Shown here: positions 39,095 to 51,840 of the stretch, piece after piece | Layout: each line of letters starts with the position of its first letter | How positions within the stretch are numbered: the first letter of the stretch is position 1 | NCBI RefSeq assembly: GCF_006345805.1 | Contig: NC_043005.1 | Span: 19,654,001 to 19,718,000, forward strand | Reading direction: 5' to 3' | Length of the DNA stretch: 64,000 bases | Source: Octopus sinensis | Taxonomy: Eukaryota | Notes under the pieces: model-generated | Databases searched by the model: none | The model's input: the letters and a program-made list of their open reading frames with translations, nothing else | Told to the model about the DNA's origin: nothing | Made by a program: the position numbers and the translations under genes

Positions 39095-40760
39095 TCTTTT
39101 TTTTTCTTTTACACAAAAATGAGGTAATAAACCTCTTACATATTTCCAACTGGACTCGAGATCCTTACAAATGAGGCACTAAGCCTCTTACCTTTTTCCA
39201 TGCATATTCATATCACGAGGCACTAGAGCCTCTTACTTTTTTCCTCATTTCCGCCTCTCAGCGCCCGACTAGGCTTAAAGCCTCATTCAAGCACCTTGAT
39301 GGTGCTAAGTCATGGTACTTTAACACGAACCGGAATGTGTCCTCGGGGAAGGAGTCCATCACCTTGCATAGGTCTGTCTCCCAGATGACCTCCGCAGCTA
39401 CCTGCGGGGGCCAATAAGGGCCCTCAGCGCAGGCTATAACACCTTCCCTCCGGCCTTTAGGTAACTTTTTTACAAAGTTTTCAAGTGCCCCTCCCTTGGC
39501 GAAAAGGATTAAAAATTCGTCCTCCACTATCCTGGTAGAGGCCATAGCAAACCCCGTCGGTGGCACAATTTCCACCGACAGTGTTTCAGTACATGCTGGT
39601 AGTGTATTAATAACCCCCGGAATTTTCCATTTTTCTTTTTCTTCTTTTTTCTTGTTTTTTCATTGTACCACGAGAGGGTGGAGTTCTTCCGTTTTGTCCG
39701 AAAGATTTTCTCGTCCTCCTGTAGCCTTAGGATCCCTCGGTGGGCAACCGTTGTTGCCCACTTTTTAATGTGACCTAGTTCCAGGCACAGATGACACTTG
39801 GCGGGGGGGGGGCGTCCCTCAAGTATCACCGGATACCTTTTCCCAGACATCGTCAATAATCCGGAGAAAACAGATTTTTAGCTGATTGGGTCCACAGGGT
39901 CAAAACAGCTTTTGACCCAACTCAATCAGCTGCCGGCAACATTTTTACGTTTAGCAACTTGGATCCACCACCACCCAGACCCCGGCGGATAGTGTCTTCT
40001 ATCCACTCGGGTTCCATTCTGGGTGGCAACCCGCAGACCCAAGCTCTCGTCAACTTTTTCCCACAATATGTGGGGAGAAACAGTATTTCTTTTCCCTCCA
40101 AGAGCTGGCTCGCGAATCTTCGAGCCTCCTCAGGGGTGTCAAATAGAAAACACACCGTTGCATACTTGGCACCCCTGTAAATAAATTTTCTGGTTGGCAG
40201 ATACTCTGCCAACTCTTTTTCAAACTCAATTTTTGGGAAGACGGTGATAGTGTCGAGCGACTTTGGATACGTCCTCAACACCACCGTCCTCTTCTCGAAG
40301 TGTTTTATCCACTCCTTGGGTGGAACAGTCTCCCATTCCAAGACAATGTCCTTTTTGTTTCCTCTGCCATATTCTTTAGAAAATACTTCAAAGACAAAAA
40401 GAGAAAGAAAGAAGAAGGAAGAAAACAGTTCTAGAGAAACAGTTCCGAGCACAGCAGACATAAATTTTCCGGCCACTATGTACTCAAGGCCAACTGGTGA
40501 CAACAGGAACACAGCAACAGGAACACAGAATTCAATCCTTTGGAGGCGAGATACTACCCCAAAAATAATGTACACCACCTTCCGGCCACCGGTACTCCAG
40601 GACAACCAGTAGCAGCAGGAACAAGAACACAAAACAACAAGTTCATAATTTTGGGGGGCGGGATACGCCCCCAAAACAACTCAGTTTTCACCGTTAAGTC
40701 AAACACTACGGTCAACTACAGGCAGACAAATGCCCGGAATTCAGTGGAGATTTCTTGCTT
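39095..40760 (-). mobile_element. Tx1/L1-clade element carrying ORF1 only (gag-like with zinc knuckle), 3' UTR and A-rich end
   Basis: Likely start at 40370 (MAEETKRTL), then KEWIKHFEKRTVVLRTYPK... and ILEGRPP..CHLCLELGHIKK; ends at 39258; about 150-bp UTR and A-rich tract follow, with no APE/RT. Confidence 0.65.
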
Positions 40761-41849
40761 GAAAAAAAATGAACAATAAATAACAACCCCCCACTGAACG
40801 CCCCAAAACAAACGTCTTATCTTGTAGTTGAGCTTCACTTGATTCAATAATTCATCACACTGCAAACTAGCGTCGCGACTTCTCTCAGTGTAACAAAAAT
40901 ACACTGACATGCGCAGAGGGGAAGCAAACGTCTTACCACACAGCCACTCTGTGTATGTGTGCGTGTATTTGTGTGTGTGTGTGCGTGCGTATGCGCGAGT
41001 GTATGTGCGCGTGTGTGTGCGTGTGTGTGTGTTAGTTCGTACATATATATTACTGCCTAGGTGGAACTTCGAAATAAATGTCAAACGGTTTTTGTTTTCT
41101 TAAAATGGGTTTTATACTCAACATACAGGTATTGATTGCATTCTCAATCAATAGTTTGAAGATTTTATTCAGTAATATATATGAAACACATACATTAATA
41201 TATGAGCAAGTATGTACTTTATGTAAGTATGCGCGCTCGTGCACACACACACGCACGCACACATATATATATATATAATATTCTGCACCCACAGGCACAG
41301 ATATACACAAATGCGTACGCACACATGTAAAAACGCACACGAATATACACAGTTGAACCTCACCCTTTCAAAACCATTGACACACCTGTTTCTTTGGCTG
41401 CTACTGCAACAGCAACTATTACAACTACTCTCTCCCACTCTCTCTCTCTCTCTCTCTCTTTCTCTTTCTCTCTTTCTCTCTCTCTTCTCTCCCTCTCTCT
41501 TTCTCTCTCCCTTTCTCTCTCTTTCTCAATCTATCACACACTCTCACACACATACATATATATATGGAATATTTACATAGTCTACTGGTTTCACTTGTAC
41601 TAATCATAGCTAAGTAGTTAGCGATAATATTATAATTTCATGTTTTCATGATAAGTATGCATTCCATATTAGTAGGAGAATCAATATTTTGTAAATGAGT
41701 CGGAAGATAAATAAATCTTTGGGGAGGTAATCACTCATTGAAATTATAAACAGAGGAGGCAATTGACCCTTTTTGGAAAGTAAATTGATTATACGTAGAT
41801 TAAAAAGATATGTACTTAAGAACTAAAATATTTACATAATGCAAAATTG

Positions 41850-42870
41850 ATTATACGTTTACATTAAATCACGGTCACTATTTTGCAATAAATATAGACT
41901 TCTTTATTTAACTACTGTTGTACAGTTATTCCACTGCATTGGTATACAGGGAACATTTTGAAGTTCAGCTGGAGACTCCTGCATATATCTGCATGTGATC
42001 GCTTTAAGGTATTTGTTTATACATTGAGAAAGAATATTTCCTTATGCCGTGTTGCCCTCCATCTGAGATATATTCTTGTTTGCCTAAATAGTTCCTTCCA
42101 TATCCTGAACAAGTTACGACGTAGATAAGTTTTCGGATGCACAGGTAAACTCTATCTTAATTTTGAATCTTTTTCCTTGTTTAAGTGGAATTCCGAAACC
42201 TCCAGTAGGTGAAGACATGTTCCACAGTTAGGTCACCCACATTTTTTAACTCTTTGTTCCGTTGTCGTTGGGTACAATTTTGCACCTGCTAGTTTTCTCT
42301 TTAATAATTTTGGTGATTTTTTTATACTTTTAATGATTTCGTGTGTGCAGAGAATTTGATTCATCCTAGGGTCTCTATTGAGCAAAGGTAAATTCTAAAT
42401 AATAATAATAATGTTCTCTTAGAGCTTGTATATCAATTCTCTTGGTGCGGAGGTGGACAATGTCTCTCATCGAGTATGATTTTAAGTTCATGAAGTCGTA
42501 GGCCGCAAGTATTTTTTATTAAACACAGCTATGCAAATACTTTGAAAGGGGTATTTATTTTAGTGCGTTTCGGGTGTCATGAGCTTGATAGTAGGTATTA
42601 CTTTGAGTCAGTGGTTTTACAATCAATGCTGGTTTCAATTTGGTTACTGATATTTTTTTACTAAAATATCAAGAAATGAAAGTTTCTCTTTGCTGTACTC
42701 CACTCTGATTTGAATGTTAGAATTTATACCATTGAGCGGTGTTTTAAATTCAAATCGTTTCTCAGTGCTTTCATTCCAAAAGGTAAATCAGTCATCCTGA
42801 TATCTTTTCCAGTCCTCTCTGATATAATAGTAAAAAGAGTATCCAGAATTTTGTTGTGATTCTTGATATA
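41850..42870 (-). mobile_element. Degraded Penelope-like element (Neptune/Poseidon-like RT C-terminus and GIY-YIG)
   Basis: WKRYQDD.FTFW (YxDD), HPKRTKINTPF, PNCGTCLHL, TCASEN..YVVTCSGYGRNYLG. Confidence 0.7.
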
Positions 42871-42926
42871 CAGTCAATTCCTAAAACTCATGACTAGATT
42901 TGCTAGGAGTGGGGCTGCTTTTCTCC

Positions 42927-43001
<75 letters not shown>

Positions 43002-43069
43002 AACATGCACAGATGGTATGCCATGATACTCTTTCCACCGGCAATGCAGCAATAAGTACAATAAGGCTT

Positions 43070-43260
43070 AAAGAGGTCTCCTTCGAAAGTTGCCTGCATC
43101 TGTACAGCAGTTCAATCCGCACATAAAAATATCATCGCACTTTCAAAGCACGTTTGGAACTCGAGAAACAAAAGATTTACCAGAAACTCATGCGTATTTT
43201 AGATTAAGGGCAATTATTTAAAACCTCCAAAGTGTAGCAATTTCTGCTTCACAGAAAATG
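43070..43260 (+). mobile_element. Small PLE GIY-YIG remnant
   Basis: IALSKHVWN and KCSNFCFTE resemble T.LSKHVW.LK and C.LCL.E. Confidence 0.4.
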
Positions 43261-43586
43261 ACAGCCAGTAATCTATCCAGTTTATAGCCAATCCTTTTAT
43301 TCCACTCACTAACTTGTACAAGTCAATATAAGAGCCGATGAAAAGAAATTTAAGCGAGGTAAACGTAATTTTCGTTTCTCGCTTAAATTCACAAACGCAC
43401 TACCTTTTATCATCTTCACGCAAACACACATGTAACACCCTCGATACTTTAAACGGGGGGCCGTAAATCCATAAATTATAGAAACTACAGCCTTAAAATA
43501 ATCGCTCATGAAAATGTGTCCATAGATGTGGTGGTTAAATTCTGAAACGTTCAACCAACCGGCAACTGATTTTAATGAATGTAATA

Positions 43587-44232
43587 TGAGGCGTGTTAAA
43601 AAAATATCCGAACGTTACAAATTAAAAATGAACAATTTCGTGCATTTTACAATATTATTCCTTATTAGTTGTCTGGCCGTGTGGTGAGTATTCATGATGC
43701 ACAGCACTATGACAGACAAAGTAACAGATCAACATTACCTTCACATTGCTATGTATCTGTCGTGCTTATTTGGGTCTTGGTGATGTTACTCGACGGTCTT
43801 CCACCACTATTCCCCGAACCTGCTCAATCGTCTCCTCGTTTTGGCCTGTGGATGGCTTGTCTGAGTGTGCCTCGTTCGACTTTGAGGTGTGACTATGTTT
43901 CAAGCGGTCTTGCCTATGGCAGCATCGCCAAATATCTGCCGAATTTTCTGGATAGTTTGAACTTAGAAATCACCAAGCTTTTGCCAAAACTTGATGCGAT
44001 GTTTCTTCTCGATATGTTCGGTCATCGTCCGTGAAAACGAAAATTTGACGAGCGCACACTACATGTCTATGCTCTAGGTTTAACAGCCAAGGACTGACAC
44101 AGCCTACCGGCGCGAAAGGTTTGCGCTTATGTACAGTAAGGATGGTGTCAACTCCCACACAAAGTATTTTGCCCATGCGATATCAGTTTTTGCGTGAAAA
44201 TATAACATCAGATACTTTTTGAACTCACCTCG
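43587..44232 (-). mobile_element. Internally deleted mariner (irritans-like)
   Basis: TA-flanked imperfect TIRs tgaggcgtgttaaaaaaatatccg / cagatactttttgaactcacctcg; MTEHIEKKHRIKFWQKLGD...IVVEDRRVT on the minus strand. Confidence 0.8.
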
Positions 44233-44644
44233 TACGCAGAAAGGTTTACTAGACTGATTCCTAGCAGCCATAGAGTCAAATGTTGCCCAAATATTGCCAT
44301 GCTTTGGTCTTGCTGGCAGTATTCAATGGAATATTCTTCACTCAGTGCTGCTTAGAACTTGGACAACTTTAGAAATAGTAATCTGTATGAAGAACCTCCA
44401 TTGATTACTAAAATTAAATTAATGAATTAATAACATTCTAAAATTTCCCATGGGTTCCTTTTGCTTAGAGAACATATAGATAAGTCAGACTACCGTACTT
44501 GAAGCAGTGGGCTGAATATAAATTCTAATTTATTGAAAATACTGCTCTAATGAGAAAATATTAGCATTAATGGAAAATTGTTATTAGACAAGTGAGACAA
44601 GGAACACAACTAACGAAAATTTCAACCAAGCAAATATTAATTTA

Positions 44645-44652
44645 TACATGAA

Positions 44653-44693
<41 letters not shown>

Positions 44694-44734
44694 TTGTGTG
44701 TGTGTGTGTGTGTGTTGTGTGTGTGTGTGTGTAT

Positions 44735-44784
<50 letters not shown>

Positions 44785-44798
44785 GTGTGTGTGTGTGT

Positions 44799-44842
<44 letters not shown>

Positions 44843-44856
44843 CATACATATACATA
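44645..44856. repeat. Alternating (TA)n/(TG)n compound microsatellite
   Basis: Direct inspection. Confidence 0.95.
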
Positions 44857-45210
44857 TCTATTATATAAAATCCGTTCTGTCTGTCTGTGTGTGTCTTCTA
44901 GGATCTCGGGCATCCTCCATCCGATTGCGCTCAAATTTGATATGTAGATACCGACGGTATCAGGGCGTGTGTAAGTCTTGAAAAAATTACAAGAATCGAT
45001 TCCAGGTGAGAATCCGATCGATAAAGCCGTGGGAACGTGCATTTGTACGCGCAAGTACATCAGCTGTTGCGATCGATACTACGCGTACGCGAGAAAAATG
45101 CACGTGCAGTTTGCGCAAAAAATCATCATGCTTTTCCGTCTAGATTTGTATGCATCGTTTTGTCCTGCTTTTCTTCCGTCAACCGGTACATAACTGCACC
45201 TTCCATTTCT
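44857..45210 (+). mobile_element. Helitron-like non-autonomous element, 5' part (3' end not identified)
   Basis: A followed by TCTATTATATAAAA start, ctgtctgtctgtgtg tract and ccgattgcgctcaaatttg motif typical of small Helitron-like elements. Confidence 0.5.
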
Positions 45211-45390
45211 TTCCTGCCAAGCTTACTGTTTAAACCATGTTTGTGTTCTCCCAGTCAACAGCCTTATCATTACTGGTACTTAAAAACTCTTCGGTTGCAT
45301 ATTTGTGTGAATAAAATCGTCTTTCTTTGGAATAGAAAAAAAGTCTACCTTTATTTGTTCTTTTGCTGGTGTCTCAAATTTAGGTTAAAT

Positions 45391-45450
45391 CAGTGTTTCT
45401 CAAAGGGGAGGCCTATGGGACAGTCGGACAAGTTGTTTTGAGAAAATCTG
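45391..45450. mobile_element. 60-bp hAT (Charlie-like) MITE
   Basis: 14-bp TIRs cagtgtttctcaaa / tttgagaaaatctg (2 mismatches); 8-bp TSD ggttaaat / gtttaaat (1 mismatch). Confidence 0.6.
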
Positions 45451-45734
45451 GTTTAAATGTTTGACAACTCAGCACAGTCTATTGGACGTTTTGCTCGTAT
45501 ATATAGATAGATAAATATATAGATAGATAGTTAAAGAAGACACATATATATATACATACATACACACACACACACATATATATATAGACATACATATACA
45601 TAGCGTGTGAAATAATCTGATCTTTGACACACATAGTGACAACTCCAATGTGTTTGCCTTATCAGATTTCCTTAGCTCATATATTCATATATATATGTAT
45701 GTGTGTGCACGTGTATGTATGGTGTATTTATGTC

Positions 45735-45796
<62 letters not shown>

Positions 45797-46825
45797 TATG
45801 TATACACACATAAACACATACACGTATAAATATAACCAAGGAGAATAGAGTAAGCACGTTCATATATTTCATTTTATTTTCATTGTTTCTTCAAAAGTCG
45901 ATCTCATGAGCATTACTATATTATTATCCATTGATGTATGTAGGCATTGGCACATGTGGTGTCCTAGACACAAAATCGAAGGTTGATTTCTTGGAATTAT
46001 GCATACAAGTCATATGTTGTGGAAACTTGTGTTAACACTAATTTATACCTGTATCAAATTGGGTTAGACGTATTGAAATGGTTATATTTACATATTATAA
46101 GCCAAAGGAAAACAAAACAAACCCTATTTTGAGAGGATAGGTGAAGAAGAAGGATGAATCGACAAAAGAAAAATTAAAGTATACAAGGAAAGAAAAGTTT
46201 GTTTTTTTTTGTTTTTAGAGAATACAATAAATTATGGTCTTGTCATCAGCTTTCGTCTTAAATGCACATTATATTCTTTTTGTCTGCCATTTTATAGCAG
46301 TCACTCATAAACTGATATCATAAGGGTTTGAAGATGTTTACCACAGAATGCAGCGATCGCACACACTTGCCCGTCTGCACAGATCCAGACAAATAAATAA
46401 GATAACTATTTCATTGGTATCAGTGGAAGTCCAGGTTATCAACAAGGAATAAATTAGTTAAAAATTAAGTAAGCTGCTACAGGCAAATCTAACAGATGTT
46501 ACTTGTGCAAAGATGAAAAGTAAAAGAAAATAAAAGTAAACATTACCCCTCCCAATTTTCACTCGAATCAACTACGTTAAATTTTCAACCACAAGGGATG
46601 GTCAGTTATAAATAAATAGCTTTCGATATCCTGCTACATCACCGGACACTTACGCAAATAGATAAACTGTAATAGATTGTGTTTTTCGGTAAAACTCCTT
46701 CCACACATGATAAGTACTCAAAATTTATTGTTATAGAGATCCGTTTAGAAATCCGTTTAGAAATGAATTTGAAACGGTAACATTAACAGTTATAGTCTAG
46801 GCTTGTTATGATCGTTTTCAAGTTT

Positions 46826-47300
46826 TCACCAGATACATTCTTTCGCCATAGCCACAAGAATGATGAAAATAGCTCTTCCTTCCCGTTTGAAGGAAGGAGG
46901 CGTGACAATATTGACGATAGACTCGGCTGATAAACAGACTCGTCCCACACGTGACAGCAGTCGTTCGACATAAGCCCACAGGTCGGAAATTGTTGGACAC
47001 TGCACGAGTGTGTGCAAGACGGTTTCGTCGCTCTGACCGCATCTCGGGCAGGTTGGCCCCGTGTTTCTCGAGCCGTGTCTGTAGAGCTTATCCCGAACGG
47101 GTAGCGCTTCTCGGTAGCACTGCCAGACCAGGGATCTCTGGAAGTTGTCCATGGGCCCTGGCCCGAAAGTCGTCCTGAACAGGCGGGTTAGGTATTCCTC
47201 GTCGACGTCCAGGTTCGCCTCGAGCTCGTCGCCGTACCTCCCCTCCACTAATCTCTTATAGAATTCTTTGGTTGTGTTGAAGTCACTCGAGGTCGACCCG
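46826..47300 (-). mobile_element. Tx1/L1 ORF2 C-terminal (zf-RVT) fragment
   Basis: FQRSLVWQCYREALPVRDKLYRHG...CPRCGQSDETVLHTLVQCP; GC-rich open frame 46826-47248. Confidence 0.85.
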
Positions 47301-48519
47301 AGATAGATAGATAGATCGAGAGAGAGAGAGAAGTTCTGATACCTAATTATATAGACAAATTTATAAGTCAGGATCTTTTGTTATACTATGACCGACACTA
47401 AATTCCAAAAATTCCAATGCACATACTTATAATAATACTGTATATCTCACATGGATGTCTTAAAAACGTTCAGTCTATCTGTAAATAGATGGCATTATTG
47501 TAAGCAAAATCGTCAGTAGTCCTGAGACGTCAACAAAGTGATAGCTTCCAGTTACGATTTCACCTCATCTTTCAGAATTTGAGTTACAACTCTATAAATA
47601 AAAATTCCTCACCCAATACTGTTAGCCATCTGTTCTCTTAGATCTGGACTTTGGTGCTACTACAGGTTACATAAGGTAGCTGTTACGCAACATCAGATCA
47701 CCTATTTCAAAGTCGCCTATTTCAATCATGGATCGACCATGATTGAAACAGACCATCAGTCAAAATACAACACTTTATCAATTTGTTATAGACATAGAGT
47801 CGATAGCTCTGTTATTAACCAGGCGATTCCTTATAAGTGTACAATTATTTCAAAAGAATTTTGTATTTCTTCAGATATAGGTATTGTACATACAGCACAC
47901 GGCCACACATATATCTATACGTGTGTATGTGTTTGTCTGTATGTCTGTGTTTGTTCGTCTGTGTGTACGTGTGAATTTTTTGGAGTGTAAACATAGTCGA
48001 TTGATTAAAATGTTCGTCGCGCAATCATGAAGTCTCTGTTTCGAAACCATAGCGTGGAATCTTGGATAAATTCTTTTTTAACCGTAGTCGCATGTTGACC
48101 CATTATGAATAAAATTAGGGAGCGAAAGTATGTGAAAGCCTGTCCACTGAACCCTACCTATAACTGAAGGATCCTAATTGAGCACACACTGTGTCATGTT
48201 AAGGGTTGTGTAATGGGCAGCTGCTTGTTCAATACTCAACCACATATAATGTAGTTTAACGAGTAAATAGTTTATCTGATCGATAGCCTGGAAAACATAC
48301 AGAAATCCATTTATACTACTAACAAACGATTTGATGGCTGATATTTCTAACAGGTTGAGCGACCATGTAGGTGTGGTTTCGTTAGCTAGTATATATCACT
48401 CGTACCAATCCGCTTGTAAATAAGGCGTGATCTGGACATAGAATGTTAGGAAGCGTGGCTAAATATGGTGAGGACCTTTGTCAGGAAAGGTATTTTGTTT
48501 GAATCTAACAAATAGAATA

Positions 48520-48760
48520 CCCATCATCGAATCCGACGGAGGATCCAGACGGGATGTGTGAATGCGTTATAAGTTACTCAAGAAAAGCATATTCCCTTAA
48601 ATATTCGAGGATTTCCTCTACTTTTGAAATCCATGCAATTGATGCTCAACATCTGTAGTTTCGACATCAGTAGGTTGGCATTTTCAGGAAACAAAAACGA
48701 AGCTAGTGAGCTAATTCTTGGCGGTTTACGTTTGGGGAAGAAATAACTGGACAAAGTGCA
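48520..48760 (+). mobile_element. Degraded RTE-like LINE remnant
   Basis: RIRRRIQTG...KHIPLNIR resembles RTE EI.RRI..GW.AF...IPL..K. Confidence 0.3.
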
Positions 48761-51234
48761 AGCTTGCGAAGTAAGAAATAGCTATAGATGATCAGAAGAA
48801 GACAGTCAAGTGTATTGATTGTATTTGACAGGGTTGGGTTGGTGTAAATTAATTTCGAGGAATAGAGGCCGTTGTAGTATCGGTAGAATAGACAGGATTA
48901 TTAACATGATATCTGTCAACAAGTAATTGAAGAATGTGAATACGTCTTTGCCTATCAGCAGAGGAGCTTTCTATTTTACGCAGTCTTGTGTTTCTGTATG
49001 TAGCAGCTGTATTATTCATGATATGTTAGTTATATACAAATGAGAGCTGCTCTTGAGCATTACAGCAACTAATCAATTGATTGTAGCTAATGTATTTTCA
49101 GGCACTGATGAAAATTGTGAAGCCCAGCCTTTGAATAAATTCAGGATGTTTAATGCTTATCGTACATCAAAAATTGATGCCAGTTTTCAGTCAGATGAGT
49201 AGTAATATTGAGCTGAGAGCTAAGTTCCTTAGGTAAGACAACATAGAAAATTGCTGGTGACAGACAAGAGACTGGTTAGTATTTTATGAAAAGTCAACAA
49301 CTTAATACATGGAACTACGAGAGAGCAAAGAGAAAAAGGAAAACCTGGAGTAAACAAGAAATATATAAGTATCTTCTATTCATGAATTTTCAATATCAGT
49401 GTGCATTTTTATTCCTGTGTGTGTGTTGTTTGTGTTTGTGAATCTATAATAGTATTGATACAGACGTTTGATTAAAATGTTCGCAGTGTAATAAGGTCTC
49501 CGATTCGAAACCACTGAGTGGAATCTTGAATAGGTTTCTTTTACTGTTGCTTCGAGTTGATCCAAAACTTGTGTAAAATAGGGTCGAAGGAAACTGTATG
49601 GAAGCCTATCAGATGGACTATGCCTGTAATTCAAAGAGCTTGATTTGTCATACACTGTCTCCAGTTTCTGTAGCATCAATCAGATGAGAAATAATCACCT
49701 TCAAAAGAAGGCAGTATTTCACAGATAACCACTTTTCTACGAACAGGCACTGAATTCAGTATTACTGGGCAACGGTTTCCTCATCAAGTTTATACCGCTG
49801 CTGCTACTACTGCATGTATCAATGAAATATATCTCTCGATAATACCTAATTGAAACTTCATGGACTCGTACTTTGGGAGCGTAAGTGACTGAAATACAAA
49901 TAAAATCGTATAATGAAGTGGAATGCATTATCTCCAGAAAATGTAGAGATTGTGACGAAACACTCAATCACGTCATTTCTGTCACCTATTAATGAAGAAC
50001 ACATCAGAAAAGGTTTCGGAAAATCACAAAAGACACATATTTTTGGGATACTGTGATATGTCAATTCATACAGGCGAAGAGGCAAATTTATCATATACAT
50101 TTTTTTAAAATACTCCCCACCGCGAAATGAAATGCTTCCTAATCGAAATTCCAATCCCAACAGATGATAACAAACTCCAAAATAAATAAGGAAATTAGAT
50201 AAATATAAAGTCTGGAAAAAGAAATAATCAGAAATAATCCCTAGGATAACAGATATCAGTTAGAAATAATTAAAAACATGGAGACCAAAATCCATGCAAC
50301 AGAAAACAGACAGAAAATTCTACTGTCAATCATTGATCATTTATTGCATTGAAAACTTTCAAAATAATAGAAAAAGAAACAAAAATCTGTAAGTATTCAA
50401 GATACATATTGCGTAGAGTACTTGCGAATCAATATACGAAAAAGCCATTGCACATGTTGAAGGCACAGAACGTTGCGCTCATTTGTGCAGCGAAAGCACA
50501 CAATAAATATAAAATTTGTCAGACTGATAATAATGTTAAGTAAATATGTTAAAGATAAACACGTAATACCATATTGCCTCAGTTTTCTACAGTTACAGAG
50601 ATATGGTATGGTATCTGACAGCATTGCTTATAGACTGTCATGCACTATGTGGTATCTGTTTAGAGCTAAGAAAACTGTACATAACTGTGTTACCTATTTA
50701 GAGATAGGTAAAGTGTACATCAATCTGCAACATGTCTAAAACTGAAGAGGAATCGGTACTTATGAGTTAAGTGACTTGGCCAAGCTACAATAGGGTACTT
50801 TTTCCGACTGATTGCTGCTTGTCTTGTACCATATCGACTCCTTATATGTATATACATATACATAAATATGTTTGTGTATATGTCTTATGTATATATGTGT
50901 GTGAATGTGTGTTTGTGTTTAGATGTGTGTATGTGTGTGTGCATGTGTGTATGTATGTGTGCATGTATGTGTGTGTGTATATGTCTGTGTGTGTGTGTGT
51001 GTGTGAGTGTGTGATCAACAATATAATTGGTAAACCCTGAGTTGGTTGTCAGTTCTTACAACGGCAAACCAACAACTACAAATTACAATTACAACAGCGA
51101 AGAGCATTGTGTAGATTTATTGTTTATTCTTTCCTTTTCTTTCCTTGTAATATGATTGTGTTTAATATGTCAATATAGCCAGTAAATAAGCCTCTTCGGC
51201 AAACAGTTTTTAGTGCCCATTTCGTTTTATTCAG

Positions 51235-51300
51235 TGTCGATCGTTTTGACGCCTTTTAGAACAAAGATGGCGGCCGCTGTCGGCTGGTGAATCGACCGTA
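51235..51300 (+). promoter_or_regulatory. Candidate promoter/first-exon region with YY1-like motif
   Basis: aagatggcggcc at 51264-51275 in a short CpG-rich patch of non-repetitive sequence; ATG at 51267 and possible donor ctg|gtgaat at 51287. Confidence 0.3.
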
Positions 51301-51599
51301 TAATATGAGGGAAAGAAAAAAAACCGAAGAGAAAAATCTAGAATGAGAATGAATGAATGAGAGAGAAGTGGTGGAGATCTAACTACTTGATCAATTCAAT
51401 GGCCTACATTTAACGATGTAAGCTTTTGTTGATATTGTTGTTTTTTTCCGCTTGTATATGTTTTGTATATGTTTTTCTTGTTTTCTTTCTGTTTTTCTTC
51501 CAGAAGGTAAAAAAGAAATATATTCAAAATAAAATTAATAACTAAATATCAAAGAACTAGAAAGTATATTTTTTTACATCGATGTTTTCAATGCATACG

Positions 51600-51774
51600 T
51601 ACATATGTACGCATGCATATATGTGCGTATGTATGTATGTATGTATGTATGTATGTATGTATGTATGTATGTAGTATGTATGTATGTATATATGTATATA
51701 TGTATGTATATGTGTGTGTGCGTGTCTGTGTGTATATATTCACATAACTATATGCATATATATATATACATATA

Positions 51775-51834
<60 letters not shown>

Positions 51835-51840
51835 ACAAGT
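51600..51840. repeat. (GTAT)n/(TA)n compound microsatellite
   Basis: Direct inspection. Confidence 0.95.

Noticed and set aside
39121-39236. CRISPR-like appearance of three palindromic repeats with spacers
   Set aside because: Eukaryotic repeat context, no cas genes, only three short degenerate units inside a LINE UTR; reported as UTR hairpins instead.
40371-40674. Hydrophobic N-terminus of the 250-aa ORF as a membrane protein
   Set aside because: It is read-through of the T-rich, duplicated 5' UTR; the plausible ORF1 start is the ATG at 40370 in another frame.
39090-40777. Apparent TIRs attgttcttttttttttc / gaaaaaaaatgaacaat around the Tx1-like element
   Set aside because: Mostly homopolymer and short, with no TSD; likely chance.
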